Below, piece by piece: positions 14,653-23,475 of a DNA stretch of 64,000 bases (position 1 is its first letter; every line of letters begins with the position of its first letter). The notes below the pieces were generated by a model. It was not told the origin of the DNA, made no database searches, and saw only the letters and a list, made by a program, of their open reading frames with translations. The translations under genes were made by a program, and so were the position numbers. The DNA is taken from positions 1 through 64,000 of IMG/VR virus record IMGVR_UViG_3300043395_003024; one strand, 5' to 3'. The stretch is from a virus.

Positions 14653-15140
14653 ACAAAGAAGAACTCGTTGAACTCGTAGACCAGGCTTATGCTACATACC
14701 GCCTAGACATGCCTACAAAGGATGACGAAGTCAAAGCGCTCCTTAATGCATGGTACGAGATGCTGCATGACCTAGAGCTCGCAGATGTCAAGAGAGCATT
14801 TAGGAATTTGGCGGTGGTGGAAGAGTTCCTCCCCAGGCCAGGGAAACTCAGAAGAGCAACTATTGACACCACCACAAAAATACCCCCATTCGATGATGCC
14901 CTCATTGCTTGGGGTAAATGGATTACCCTTTCCCAGGAGGTCAACTCAGGTATGCCTCCGTCTATAGAGGTATCGGAGGCACTGTCAAAGACAGTCCAGG
15001 CGATGGGCCAGTCCGCATACAACCTCCACACCAATGCAGACAGAGCTGCATTCTGCACAATGTACGAAAAGGTGGTCTCCCAGCTGGAAGGCGACAAGTA
15101 TGCTGTGCCAGACCCCCCATCAAAAAAGATTGCCCAATAA
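14649..15140 (+). CDS. Replicative helicase loader/inhibitor-like (G39P-type) protein
   Basis: AWYEMLHDL....VKRA.......FLPRPGKLR; coupled to the initiator-like gene. Confidence 0.6.
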   Translation: MNKEELVELVDQAYATYRLDMPTKDDEVKALLNAWYEMLHDLELADVKRAFRNLAVVEEFLPRPGKLRRATIDTTTKIPPFDDALIAWGKWITLSQEVNSGMPPSIEVSEALSKTVQAMGQSAYNLHTNADRAAFCTMYEKVVSQLEGDKYAVPDPPSKKIAQ

Positions 15141-15330
15141 TTATTGGCCAACTATTGTGACCAAACTGGAGTTGCCTAAATGTTGTTGCTCAAAATACTT
15201 GCCCTTATCTGTTCCACAACTTTAATTTGGAAACTGGCATATTCCCCTTTTGATTGGGTCTTTAGAGTGGCGGCAATTATGTTGATAGTTGTTGCAATGA
15301 GGATGTTCGTATTGCAGTAAATTCGCCGGC

Positions 15331-15495
15331 ATGAAACGCAATCCCGGCCGACCAGTATCTGCACCAACAAAACCAGTCGTCACTCTTACACTGCGCGTCA
15401 GTAAAGAGTTCAAAGAAAAGCTCATTGCCCAGGCTGAGGCAGTAGACCTTACCCTTACCGACTACATCAAAGCCCTAGTTGAACGCGATAGCTGA
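15331..15495 (+). CDS. Ribbon-helix-helix DNA-binding protein (54 aa, not in ORF track)
   Basis: PGRP...VTLTLRVSKEFKEKLIAQAEAVDLTLTDYIKALV; TGATG coupling. Confidence 0.8.
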   Translation: MKRNPGRPVSAPTKPVVTLTLRVSKEFKEKLIAQAEAVDLTLTDYIKALVERDS

Positions 15496-15839
15496 TGGGC
15501 CGGCGCGCAGAGAAGACGCGCTTTGTAGATAAGTACGTCATCTTAAATGTCCGCATGAAGGGCAAACAGAAAAACGAGATAATCGACTATGCCCGCAAAA
15601 AGGGTTTAGCAGTAAATGACGTCATCCTGTACGCAGTCTGGGAATTCATCCGGGCCGACAAGGGAATCCCCAGCGCCGGCTCCGCACAATTCTCCATCCC
15701 CACAGTAGAAGAAACCGTGCTGGCCTACATCAGAGGAGACCATATCCTCCAGCCGTGCGGCAAAAAGGAATGCGAGAAAAAAGTAATCGAATTAAATGAG
15801 ATGCAGTTCTGTGAAACCTGCAACCTCAGAATCCAGTAA
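15495..15839 (+). CDS. RHH-like protein with C-terminal Zn-binding motif
   Basis: VILNVRM..KQKNEIIDYARKKGLAVNDVILYAV; Cx4C...CxxC. Confidence 0.7.
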   Translation: MGRRAEKTRFVDKYVILNVRMKGKQKNEIIDYARKKGLAVNDVILYAVWEFIRADKGIPSAGSAQFSIPTVEETVLAYIRGDHILQPCGKKECEKKVIELNEMQFCETCNLRIQ

Positions 15840-16052
15840 CTAGGACTCTTGACAATTAGCAATTGGCAATTACAAAATTTTAAAAAATTTGAAAATCCCG
15901 CGCCGGCGGAAACTTTCCAGCCATTTTTGGTGTTTCGTTTCCGGTTTTGGTGTTTCCAGGCGATTATGCCTTTGGTGTTTTGGTGTTTATGCGCTACCAT
16001 TCCCCTGTCGGGTGGGTGCACTGTTCGAACCTTTGGCTTCTTCCCGACATTC

Positions 16053-16127
16053 GCCCTTGTAGCTCAGTGGTAGAGCGCCCGCCTTGTAAGCGGAAGGTCG
16101 TCAGTTCAATCCTGACCGGGGGCTCCA
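16053..16127 (+). tRNA. trnT: tRNA-Thr(UGU)
   Basis: Cloverleaf: acceptor GCCCTTG/CGGGGGC, anticodon loop CTTGTAA, T-loop TTCAATC, encoded CCA. Confidence 0.95.
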
Positions 16128-16160
16128 TTTTCCGAGTTGTCAAAATAATCGCACCCAGAT

Positions 16161-16571
16161 ATGCTCCTAGACATGCGAGCAAACAAGCACCTACTTATGC
16201 GTCTCGGGTTTCTTCTAGTAGCCCTCTACCTATCAGCCGTTCTGGCTTACTCGGTCTGTGACCATAAATCCATATGGGATTCGATGTGGTGGGGTTTCAT
16301 GACCTTTACCACCGTTGGATACGGCGACCAGTACCCGTCATCTGTCTGTGGTCGGTTCTTTGGTATCGCCCTTGTAATGGCTGCTGTCTTTGTAGTTCTA
16401 CCCACTATCACAGCCCTAGTTTCCCAGTACCTAATCCATGATGAGCATGAGTTTACCCATGATGAGCAAGAGGAAATAAAGGCTCTCCTGCGTCAAATAC
16501 ATGCCGCCACTTCGTCACTCATTGTCTTTCCAGAGCCACTTCTCGAACCACACCAGGAAGATAGTGACTGA
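16161..16571 (+). CDS. Two-TM potassium channel (KcsA-like)
   Basis: SMWWGFMTFTTVGYGD filter flanked by two TM helices. Confidence 0.9.
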   Translation: MLLDMRANKHLLMRLGFLLVALYLSAVLAYSVCDHKSIWDSMWWGFMTFTTVGYGDQYPSSVCGRFFGIALVMAAVFVVLPTITALVSQYLIHDEHEFTHDEQEEIKALLRQIHAATSSLIVFPEPLLEPHQEDSD

Positions 16572-16597
16572 TATGAATGTGATAACCCCTGTCAGCA

Positions 16598-16948
16598 TTA
16601 GTCTCCCCACATTTGTGCAAGGGTCGGTCGTGTGGGCTTTATCTTGCGTCTTCGCTGTTCGGCCGCCAACTGCCTACTAGTCAATCCTGCCCATACCCCA
16701 TGCATATCTGCCGGTGGGAACTCAAGTGCGTACTCTAGGCACTCTTTCTTTACTGGGCATGATTTGCATATAGCTCGTGCTTGTGCGATATAAGTAATGT
16801 CCTTATGTTGTTTGGGAAACATAAGTTCCGTTTTCCCTTTGCAACTTGCAAGGTCAAACCAAGACTTACGAGGTATATCTAGAGATTTATCTTGTTGGGC
16901 ATTATTATTGGGTAATTTTTGTTTGGGCTTTTTACTGGAGTCTGACAA
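16598..16948 (-). CDS. whiB: WhiB-family transcription factor
   Basis: Four Cys (C...CxxC.....C) and GVWAG turn. Confidence 0.93.
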   Translation of the reverse strand: MSDSSKKPKQKLPNNNAQQDKSLDIPRKSWFDLASCKGKTELMFPKQHKDITYIAQARAICKSCPVKKECLEYALEFPPADMHGVWAGLTSRQLAAEQRRRKIKPTRPTLAQMWGD

Positions 16949-17369
16949 TGGTTATTCCTCAAAATTGACCCCTTTTTTCTCTCCCTTAATATTTATACAC
17001 CAATGATGTGTCACCATGCCTGTCTAGTATTTATTAGTGTTTGTGTATTGTAATGAATACAGGGTAGGTGTGTATCTCTAGCGATACAGGTGTACTAATG
17101 AGAGTTGTTTATCTACTACTAGGTGTTGTTTCCCTATGGGGAGTTTTTGCCTTATGCGGAATTCGCAAACGTGGAAGGAATTAAGCGGCGTTTGTTTATC
17201 CCAGTATTTGAGGCCGGCGTGGCGAATGTCTACATAGTTCTATCATTGAGTACTAAAGGCGATATATATCCTGGTGCTGGAGGTATATATGCACTTAGCA
17301 GTAATAGCGGTTGTTTCCTGGGTAACCCGTCTGTTTATGCGCGACGGACTTCAGCGCGGATAGATTTAT

Positions 17370-17606
17370 CTAAAGAGAGCGTTCTCTTCTCCACACAAAC
17401 ATGTTCCGCCAGTGGACTATTTGCCACAGGGCCCACATGGCTATGAATCCAGGTTTATCATAAATTACAGCATAGATAAACCATGGGAATGAGTGCAGCG
17501 CGACAATCATGTGTCCGTACCAGCGCTTATTGCCTACCTGATAGCTGCCGTATACACCTACTAATTCCATAGCAAATAGGACCCATGTCCAGGTTGCTTC
17601 ATTCAT
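17370..17606 (-). CDS. Small multi-TM protein (PnuC-like)
   Basis: Three hydrophobic Trp-rich helices. Confidence 0.6.
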   Translation of the reverse strand: MNEATWTWVLFAMELVGVYGSYQVGNKRWYGHMIVALHSFPWFIYAVIYDKPGFIAMWALWQIVHWRNMFVWRRERSL

Positions 17607-17613
17607 AACTTAT

Positions 17614-18249
17614 CTACTTCTTTTTGGCCGGCGCCTTTGGTTCCATTGTTTGGATGTAGGTGTGGTACGGAGACCCGGTGTGTGGTTCCATTTTTGCAGC
17701 AATACTTAACGCCTTGAGGCACACACCTTTAGCCTGTATTGCAGAAAGCTTTTTACCGCCAGCGAGAGCGTGTGCTGCCCCAAGCGCATAGTCAGAGCCG
17801 CTCCCAACCGAATAGAGCCCTGAAGCATCTACCAGCCAGGAATAATCGTTATCAATCATGTAAATAGTTGCGTTCACAACTACAAGAATTGAAGAACCTT
17901 GCTCTGCGTTGTGGTTCTTATTCTCTTTGTTCTCTGGCGCTGAGTAGCCATGTGTATCGAAGCATGACCTCAAAGCTGGGATAAATTTAACTGTAATGAA
18001 CTGGTCGAGCTTCTTGCCTTTAATTCCGGGCGGCGGCGGAGGCGGAGAGAATGCGTGCGTAAGGAGGTTGATGGCACGAAGGTCGCCGGCGGTCCCAAGA
18101 AGGTATTTTCCATTTGCGGCTATCTTTGATACGCCAGAGCCGAGAGTGGCCATTTGGTAGGCCGGGCCATCATCTGAAAATGACGTAATTCTTGTATCAG
18201 CAGCAAGGACTGCAAAGCCCTCTCCCTGAATTCCGATTACTGTAGTCAT
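17614..18249 (-). CDS. Proteasome-beta/HslV-like Ntn protease
   Basis: M-TTVIGI...AADTR, K33-equivalent, GTAGD, GSGSDYALG. Confidence 0.85.
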   Translation of the reverse strand: MTTVIGIQGEGFAVLAADTRITSFSDDGPAYQMATLGSGVSKIAANGKYLLGTAGDLRAINLLTHAFSPPPPPPGIKGKKLDQFITVKFIPALRSCFDTHGYSAPENKENKNHNAEQGSSILVVVNATIYMIDNDYSWLVDASGLYSVGSGSDYALGAAHALAGGKKLSAIQAKGVCLKALSIAAKMEPHTGSPYHTYIQTMEPKAPAKKK

Positions 18250-18479
18250 TCTTCGTCAATTCTCTCGATGTTCTCAAATACCTGGGCGAGCACATCATAG
18301 TTCATGCCGTTTGTATCAAGCATCAAGGCTTTCCCCTCTTCTGTCATGCTATACAGCCACTGACCATCGTCGGAGATGCCCTCAATCTGGATAATTCCAG
18401 CTTTTCTGAGAACTTCCATATCCCGGTACAGGTCTTGTTCGGTGTACCGCTCGTAGCCCGATTGGTCGTCTTGGCTCAT
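18246..18479 (-). CDS. Hypothetical protein (winged-helix-like)
   Basis: LRKAGII......YSMTEEGK. Confidence 0.65.
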   Translation of the reverse strand: MSQDDQSGYERYTEQDLYRDMEVLRKAGIIQIEGISDDGQWLYSMTEEGKALMLDTNGMNYDVLAQVFENIERIDEE

Positions 18480-19690
18480 TCGGCAACGTATTCTTTGCCT
18501 CGGAGTATTCCCCTACCCTTATATATCCACATTGGCTCGTAGTTAAACCATTCGTTACCCTGTCCGTATGGCTGATAGGTTACGACGCCCAATCCCTGTT
18601 GCCAGTTCTCTGCTCCCTGGAGAATTGGTCTACCGAATTCATCCATTCCAGATTTCGTGGAGGGAACAGCGCCATCTACTCTGCAGAGACATCCAGGGCT
18701 AGCGGCCATGATTGTCCGCGGTCCACTGTCAGTGCGGTATGTGCGGTATGCCAGCTCGTTCCGGTGGATGTGTCCGTATATCACTGAAATTCTCTCGTTG
18801 TCTAGGTACTTCTTGGTGGTTGAGTTGTTTGAAACAACTTTGTCACCGTGTACAACGACAAGATTCGAGTTCAGATAATGGGCAGATTCTGGGTACCCTG
18901 GCAGATAATCGACGCCAAATTCGTCCATTCTGCACAAAAATGGGACCGACATGACAGGCCAGCCCTCTCGAAGTTCGTCATTGGCCTTGCCTCTGGTTAT
19001 TCCAAAAGCAGCTTCTGCGTTGGTCTGGATATACCTGGCCATTCTTGCTTCGTGGTTTCCGGCAATCCATGTGATTTTAGCGTTAGGTGCAGCTGTTCTA
19101 AGCTGGGCGCAGAGCATTGTTGCCCTGTCGATTGATGCCTGGAGCATCTGCTTGAATGGGGCCGCCGTCAGATATTTGCCCAATTCAGCAAAATCGAGGT
19201 TGTCGCCGACCAGAACAACCTGGTCTGGGTTCATTTCCTCGATAACGGCTAGGGCTACGGCAATTGCCGACTCGTCATGGATTGGCTCTAACTCAACAGA
19301 GTCTATTGATTTTCGATAGAAACCTATTTGTATATCAGGCACGATAACTGCCGTTTCCCACTGCTTTGGGGTGCCCGATTTTGTCTTTGGCTTTTGTATT
19401 TGTATTTTGGGCCCTTGTTCCATAAGGGGCCACTGTGGACCAGTTTCCCATGAAGGACTAAACTGGATTGCCTGCAGGTCGTGGACGATTGCCTCACCAG
19501 TATCTGGGTTCTTTGTGACGGACTGGTAGAGGGAGACCTTTTGGATATTTCCCACTTCGCTTGGGTCGATTCCCTTGCGCTCCAGCATTGCCGCAATATC
19601 GTTGAGAACCTTCTTGCTATTTGCCTCGCGGTTTGCGCCATCGGCAATGGTCTTGAGCGTTGATTTGAGGCCTTCTTTTTTTGCAGCCAT
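18476..19690 (-). CDS. Calcineurin-like metallophosphoesterase
   Basis: PDIQ, GDNLD, GNHE, HGD and GHIH motifs. Confidence 0.9.
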   Translation of the reverse strand: MAAKKEGLKSTLKTIADGANREANSKKVLNDIAAMLERKGIDPSEVGNIQKVSLYQSVTKNPDTGEAIVHDLQAIQFSPSWETGPQWPLMEQGPKIQIQKPKTKSGTPKQWETAVIVPDIQIGFYRKSIDSVELEPIHDESAIAVALAVIEEMNPDQVVLVGDNLDFAELGKYLTAAPFKQMLQASIDRATMLCAQLRTAAPNAKITWIAGNHEARMARYIQTNAEAAFGITRGKANDELREGWPVMSVPFLCRMDEFGVDYLPGYPESAHYLNSNLVVVHGDKVVSNNSTTKKYLDNERISVIYGHIHRNELAYRTYRTDSGPRTIMAASPGCLCRVDGAVPSTKSGMDEFGRPILQGAENWQQGLGVVTYQPYGQGNEWFNYEPMWIYKGRGILRGKEYVAE

Positions 19691-19971
19691 TATTTTCTCT
19701 TTTCCTTTGACTCAGCATTCTGGGCGAGGCAACAGCCGGCGCCCCCAGCCTTGAAGCAGGTATTTCTTTTTTCTCCGAGATATTCCCGGCTCACTGGGAT
19801 GCCCTCGTCCTTAAGTGCGCGGACTAGACCCATTGTGGATGCATCGCTCTTGAGAGCTTCTACAAGAATGGCCGCCGTCTCTCCGTCAAGCGACTTAATA
19901 ATGTTTCCGAGCTTGCAATCTCGTTCTCGGCCTGGACTGTCAATAAGTTTCTGTAGCGAGTCCCTCAACAT
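19690..19971 (-). CDS. Hypothetical protein (HTH/Cys)
   Basis: RBS AAGGGG before ATG 19971; coupled to the phosphoesterase. Confidence 0.7.
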   Translation of the reverse strand: MLRDSLQKLIDSPGRERDCKLGNIIKSLDGETAAILVEALKSDASTMGLVRALKDEGIPVSREYLGEKRNTCFKAGGAGCCLAQNAESKEKRK

Positions 19972-20089
19972 GTTTCCCCTTTTCCTGCTATTGTCGCAGT
20001 TGTGATTCTTTTTACTTATGGTGTTCTCAGTGTTGTTCACACCGCTGCTCTCATAGTACACCATCAAACTACATGGGTGTAGGTATCTC

Positions 20090-20539
20090 TTGAGGTCTCA
20101 AAAAGTCGACGACATTAAAAAAGCACTTGAGGAAGCAATTGCTGAGCAGGGCGGCGATAGTGAAACCCTTGAGAAGGTCATGCGGACTCTTGACAGTAAA
20201 AAAATACTTCGCTACCACAAAGAAGACGAAATAAGTCTTCTGTCTACTGCGGGCAGAGTTCTTGTTGCGCTTATTGAAGACCCCAATATGACGGTACGTG
20301 CTATTTCTGTGTATTTAGACCTAAGCGAAACAATGATTGAGAAAACAGTCAAACAACTCATCAACGCAGGGCTAATTACAAAGACAAAAGTGAATCGACA
20401 AAATGTCTATCGATGCAACGATAAATCAATTCTTTCGCAGCGTGATATACAGAACTTTTTTGCCGCTATCACTCTCTTAAGTAATCCAAATTCCACGGAT
20501 GAAGTTACGGAAACTGGTAGTGATACGTCGCCGTTCTAG
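20090..20539 (+). CDS. MarR-like winged-HTH regulator
   Basis: PNMTVRAISVYLDLSETMIEKTVKQLINAGLITK. Confidence 0.8.
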   Translation: MRSQKVDDIKKALEEAIAEQGGDSETLEKVMRTLDSKKILRYHKEDEISLLSTAGRVLVALIEDPNMTVRAISVYLDLSETMIEKTVKQLINAGLITKTKVNRQNVYRCNDKSILSQRDIQNFFAAITLLSNPNSTDEVTETGSDTSPF

Positions 20540-20555
20540 GTAATCTCCTCGGTGC

Positions 20556-21020
20556 ATGGTTTCATCAAGGAGTCTTTCGACAGGTAGACCAGTGTTTCCT
20601 TATAGGAGCAAGGGTTATTCAATTCTCTACTATGGAGTATCACAAAAAGGGCAATTTACGACTTGGGGTATAAAGAATTGTTTCAAGGGTTTGTTCCCTC
20701 ATGAGGTGAGGACTTGGGATTTTGCCCAACATGCCCAAAAGTTAGTTAAGGCAGGGCTCCTAGAGCGGATTGACAAGGATACGTGGGCTGTAACGAATGC
20801 TGGCGTTCGCGCAATGGTGTCAGCAGCTGCATTTCATCGTGAATACAAAATTAGGACCACAAGCATTGCATATATGAATGATGTGAGCCAAAGAATAATG
20901 AAAATACATGCAAGCTCGATGAGCGTTATGGAAAAACTTGACGCAGAGGACGAAATACTGGAAGAAGTCGCAAGAAAGATGGATTCCCGTAAAAAAGTCA
21001 AAAAGGGGAAAAAGAACTAG
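20556..21020 (+). CDS. Hypothetical protein (winged-helix-like)
   Basis: KLVKAGLLER....WAVTNAG. Confidence 0.65.
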   Translation: MVSSRSLSTGRPVFPYRSKGYSILYYGVSQKGQFTTWGIKNCFKGLFPHEVRTWDFAQHAQKLVKAGLLERIDKDTWAVTNAGVRAMVSAAAFHREYKIRTTSIAYMNDVSQRIMKIHASSMSVMEKLDAEDEILEEVARKMDSRKKVKKGKKN

Positions 21021-21361
21021 CCCTCTATTGCTTGTGTATTTGCTACGACCCAAGCTCTAAATATTTCATCTGTTAATGGCATGAACCAGACTTGGCACGA
21101 ATCAAAATTATTGATATCGCCAACCAGCGTCCACGATACCTCGAGAAATTCACTCGGTGGGCATATCCCCCCGTTGCATTCCATACCGAAACGGTTCACA
21201 AACCATGTCACGGCACAATCCCCGGCGATATTCTTGCAGGCGGCGTTTTCTTCGTGAGGACAGATGACTTCGAGGACCTCTAGTTCTCCTTTGTTTATTC
21301 GGAGCTGAAGAGTGTGTCCGTCGTTGTGCCAAACCTGCTCAATTTCCTGGGTTCTCGCCAT
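21017..21361 (-). CDS. Hypothetical Cys-containing protein
   Basis: ORF at the end of the minus-strand operon. Confidence 0.7.
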   Translation of the reverse strand: MARTQEIEQVWHNDGHTLQLRINKGELEVLEVICPHEENAACKNIAGDCAVTWFVNRFGMECNGGICPPSEFLEVSWTLVGDINNFDSCQVWFMPLTDEIFRAWVVANTQAIEG

Positions 21362-21441
21362 ATTGAATCGCTTTGGATAAATTTGAAAAAATCACTACGT
21401 CCCTTTACAGACGGCAATGCCTATCAACAAATTACCACTCA

Positions 21442-21774
21442 TCATTCCACTGGGGCAGAAGTATTTTTGCTAGCTCGAATTTTTTTTGCAGCAGCCTCTT
21501 CGTTGTTCGCCATTTCCTCGTCGCTTACAGCGGCGCCCTTTTTGTCAAATCTTGAGAATACTGCATTTATCTCTTTTGCGGTTAGTTTTCCGTCATCAAG
21601 GAACGCTCTTGACAATCCTTCAACAACAGTTGCTACTCCGGCGATACCAGCCATGAATACAGATTTCCACACTGGAACTCCAGCAATTGTTCCGGCGCCG
21701 ATGACGCCTAAACCAGAGGCTGCAAAAGTGGCAACAATCCTCATGAGTATGTTGGCAATAAGCTCACGCTTCAT
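21442..21774 (-). CDS. Two-TM holin-like protein
   Basis: Two hydrophobic helices, charged tail, lysis neighbourhood. Confidence 0.6.
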   Translation of the reverse strand: MKRELIANILMRIVATFAASGLGVIGAGTIAGVPVWKSVFMAGIAGVATVVEGLSRAFLDDGKLTAKEINAVFSRFDKKGAAVSDEEMANNEEAAAKKIRASKNTSAPVE

Positions 21775-23233
21775 TTTTTCTCCTTGATATCGCGATGATT
21801 AAAAGACCAACGGTGAATAGGCCAATGGCAAGTGCATAGACGGACAGAGCATTGGTTCCAGTCTTAGGGAGGTGACCGTGTGAGTGTGAACTATGGTCAT
21901 GGACGGTTGTTGGTACTATTGGTTGTTGTGTAGTAGTTGTTTCTGGGGGTATAAATGTTGTGGGAGGTAGTGAAGTTTGAGGTATCACTACTACTTGTGT
22001 TGTACTCGGTATTTGCACTTGCGTTGTGGTTGACGCGATAGTTGTACTCGTAGGAATTGTCGTAGTGGTGCTGGTTGTAGTACTGCTTGTAGTTGTAGTA
22101 GGAGCGGCAGTTGTAGTAGTTGGCGGGTTCCATGAAACAGTTGCAGAAACAGTCTTTGATACTCCACTAACTACAGCCGTAGCCGTATAGGTGGCAGAAC
22201 CAATAGAGTTGGTGCGAACAGTAATTGTTGCTATACCGCTTGCATTTGTTGTAGCAGTGAACGTCTGCCCTGCATCTGGGCCGGCGCTAACTGTCACTGT
22301 TACAGAAACACCAGATTGTGGGACTCCTGCGATTGTTTGGGCAGTGGCAGTAATTGTCAAATCTTCTCCAGCATTCGGAGACTCTGGGCTGATTGACAGG
22401 GTAAATGAGCTTGGAAGGCTTACGCTTCCACCACCAATCGAAACAGCCTTACGTGTACTAGTTGGGCTTGGATATGGATAGTCAACTAGTGTTTTTAGAG
22501 TTCCAACATTGCCAGTAAAGTATCCATGCCAACACGCTGCAACTATTGTATTGCTCAATCCAAAGTCGGCGATGCCATCTGCGGTAGCTTCTGGTCCACC
22601 ATTGCATCCTCCACTATTAAAAACTGCTGAAGGAAGAAGTGCAGTTAGCCAGCCGTATGCATTATTGCTAGCAAATAATCCGCCACCAGAGTTAACGAAG
22701 TCTGCAATTTTTTCGGCATTTGCAGTAAATTTTGTATTTATTGCTCCAGACCTACTCCAGTCATCTGGAATCCATAGCATTCGTGGTGGTGTTGAGGTAA
22801 TTCCAGTTGAGAAGAACGCATCGAGCTCTGAGGATGTTGTTATAAACTCAACAGTTGGTTGTGTTGTAAATCTAGTTAGGAACTTGGAGCTAAGCTGAGT
22901 AGTCCATGAGCCGCCACATCCACCAGCGGAAGTCATACTAGAAACTCCAAGAATTGCTATTTTCCCGGTGTTTGATGGCATTGTCGACTGGTCGTATACG
23001 CTTTTAACAACCTTCGCTATGTATTGGTCCGTATTCTCCCCATACGCGGCATGGCACACTGGGTCCATACCGTCGAGGACTATGGGGCCGCCTCCGGTTA
23101 TTGCGCTTGCCTGGGACCCAAATATTAGTCCATCATCGTTCTTGTCAACGCTAACTGCAAAAGGAAGAACGGCTGCTGATATTAGACAAACAGCTCCAAT
23201 AAATTTACTAAATCGTGTCCCCACGTTTTGCAC
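21764..23233 (-). CDS. Secreted LPxTG-anchored surface protein with Ig-like domain
   Basis: Signal peptide; Big-1-like segment; Thr/Pro stalk; LPKTG + TM + RRK. Confidence 0.85.
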   Translation of the reverse strand: MQNVGTRFSKFIGAVCLISAAVLPFAVSVDKNDDGLIFGSQASAITGGGPIVLDGMDPVCHAAYGENTDQYIAKVVKSVYDQSTMPSNTGKIAILGVSSMTSAGGCGGSWTTQLSSKFLTRFTTQPTVEFITTSSELDAFFSTGITSTPPRMLWIPDDWSRSGAINTKFTANAEKIADFVNSGGGLFASNNAYGWLTALLPSAVFNSGGCNGGPEATADGIADFGLSNTIVAACWHGYFTGNVGTLKTLVDYPYPSPTSTRKAVSIGGGSVSLPSSFTLSISPESPNAGEDLTITATAQTIAGVPQSGVSVTVTVSAGPDAGQTFTATTNASGIATITVRTNSIGSATYTATAVVSGVSKTVSATVSWNPPTTTTAAPTTTTSSTTTSTTTTIPTSTTIASTTTQVQIPSTTQVVVIPQTSLPPTTFIPPETTTTQQPIVPTTVHDHSSHSHGHLPKTGTNALSVYALAIGLFTVGLLIIAISRRKNEA

Positions 23234-23265
23234 ACCTCTCTCCTTGTGTGACTAATTGTTTTAAA

Positions 23266-23475
23266 CTACGAAGTTGATGCGCACCTTGCTGAGCAGTAAT
23301 AGTTATCGTTTTTTACTCTCACCATTCCGCGGACGGTGAGTTTGCCGCACTTAGCGCAAGAACATGATGCATTCTTTGACCCTATGTACATAAGGAGTGT
23401 TCCATATACCGCTGGGTCCTGAACAGGCTGTTTTGACTGCCCAGCTATCGGTTTTGCTGGTTTCTTGCCGGCCAT
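23266..23475 (-). CDS. Small Zn-binding protein
   Basis: CxxC...YCSxxC. Confidence 0.7.
   Translation of the reverse strand: MAGKKPAKPIAGQSKQPVQDPAVYGTLLMYIGSKNASCSCAKCGKLTVRGMVRVKNDNYYCSARCASTS

Larger units (their letters stand above)
1426..14825 (+). repeat. Dispersed polar motif C, TTGACGGTGG(T/C)GGAA(G)
   Basis: Copies at 1426,3239,5759,10056,10559(partial),11845,12536,13940,14240,14808(variant), all on the plus strand. Confidence 0.9.

Noticed and set aside
15849-15878. TTGACA promoter for the tRNA
   Set aside because: The -35 is perfect but there is no convincing -10 at 16-18 bp, so it was left uncalled.
17123-17446. Plus-strand 107-aa ORF upstream of whiB
   Set aside because: No RBS or recognisable motif; it opposes the local operon and overlaps the 17370 gene.
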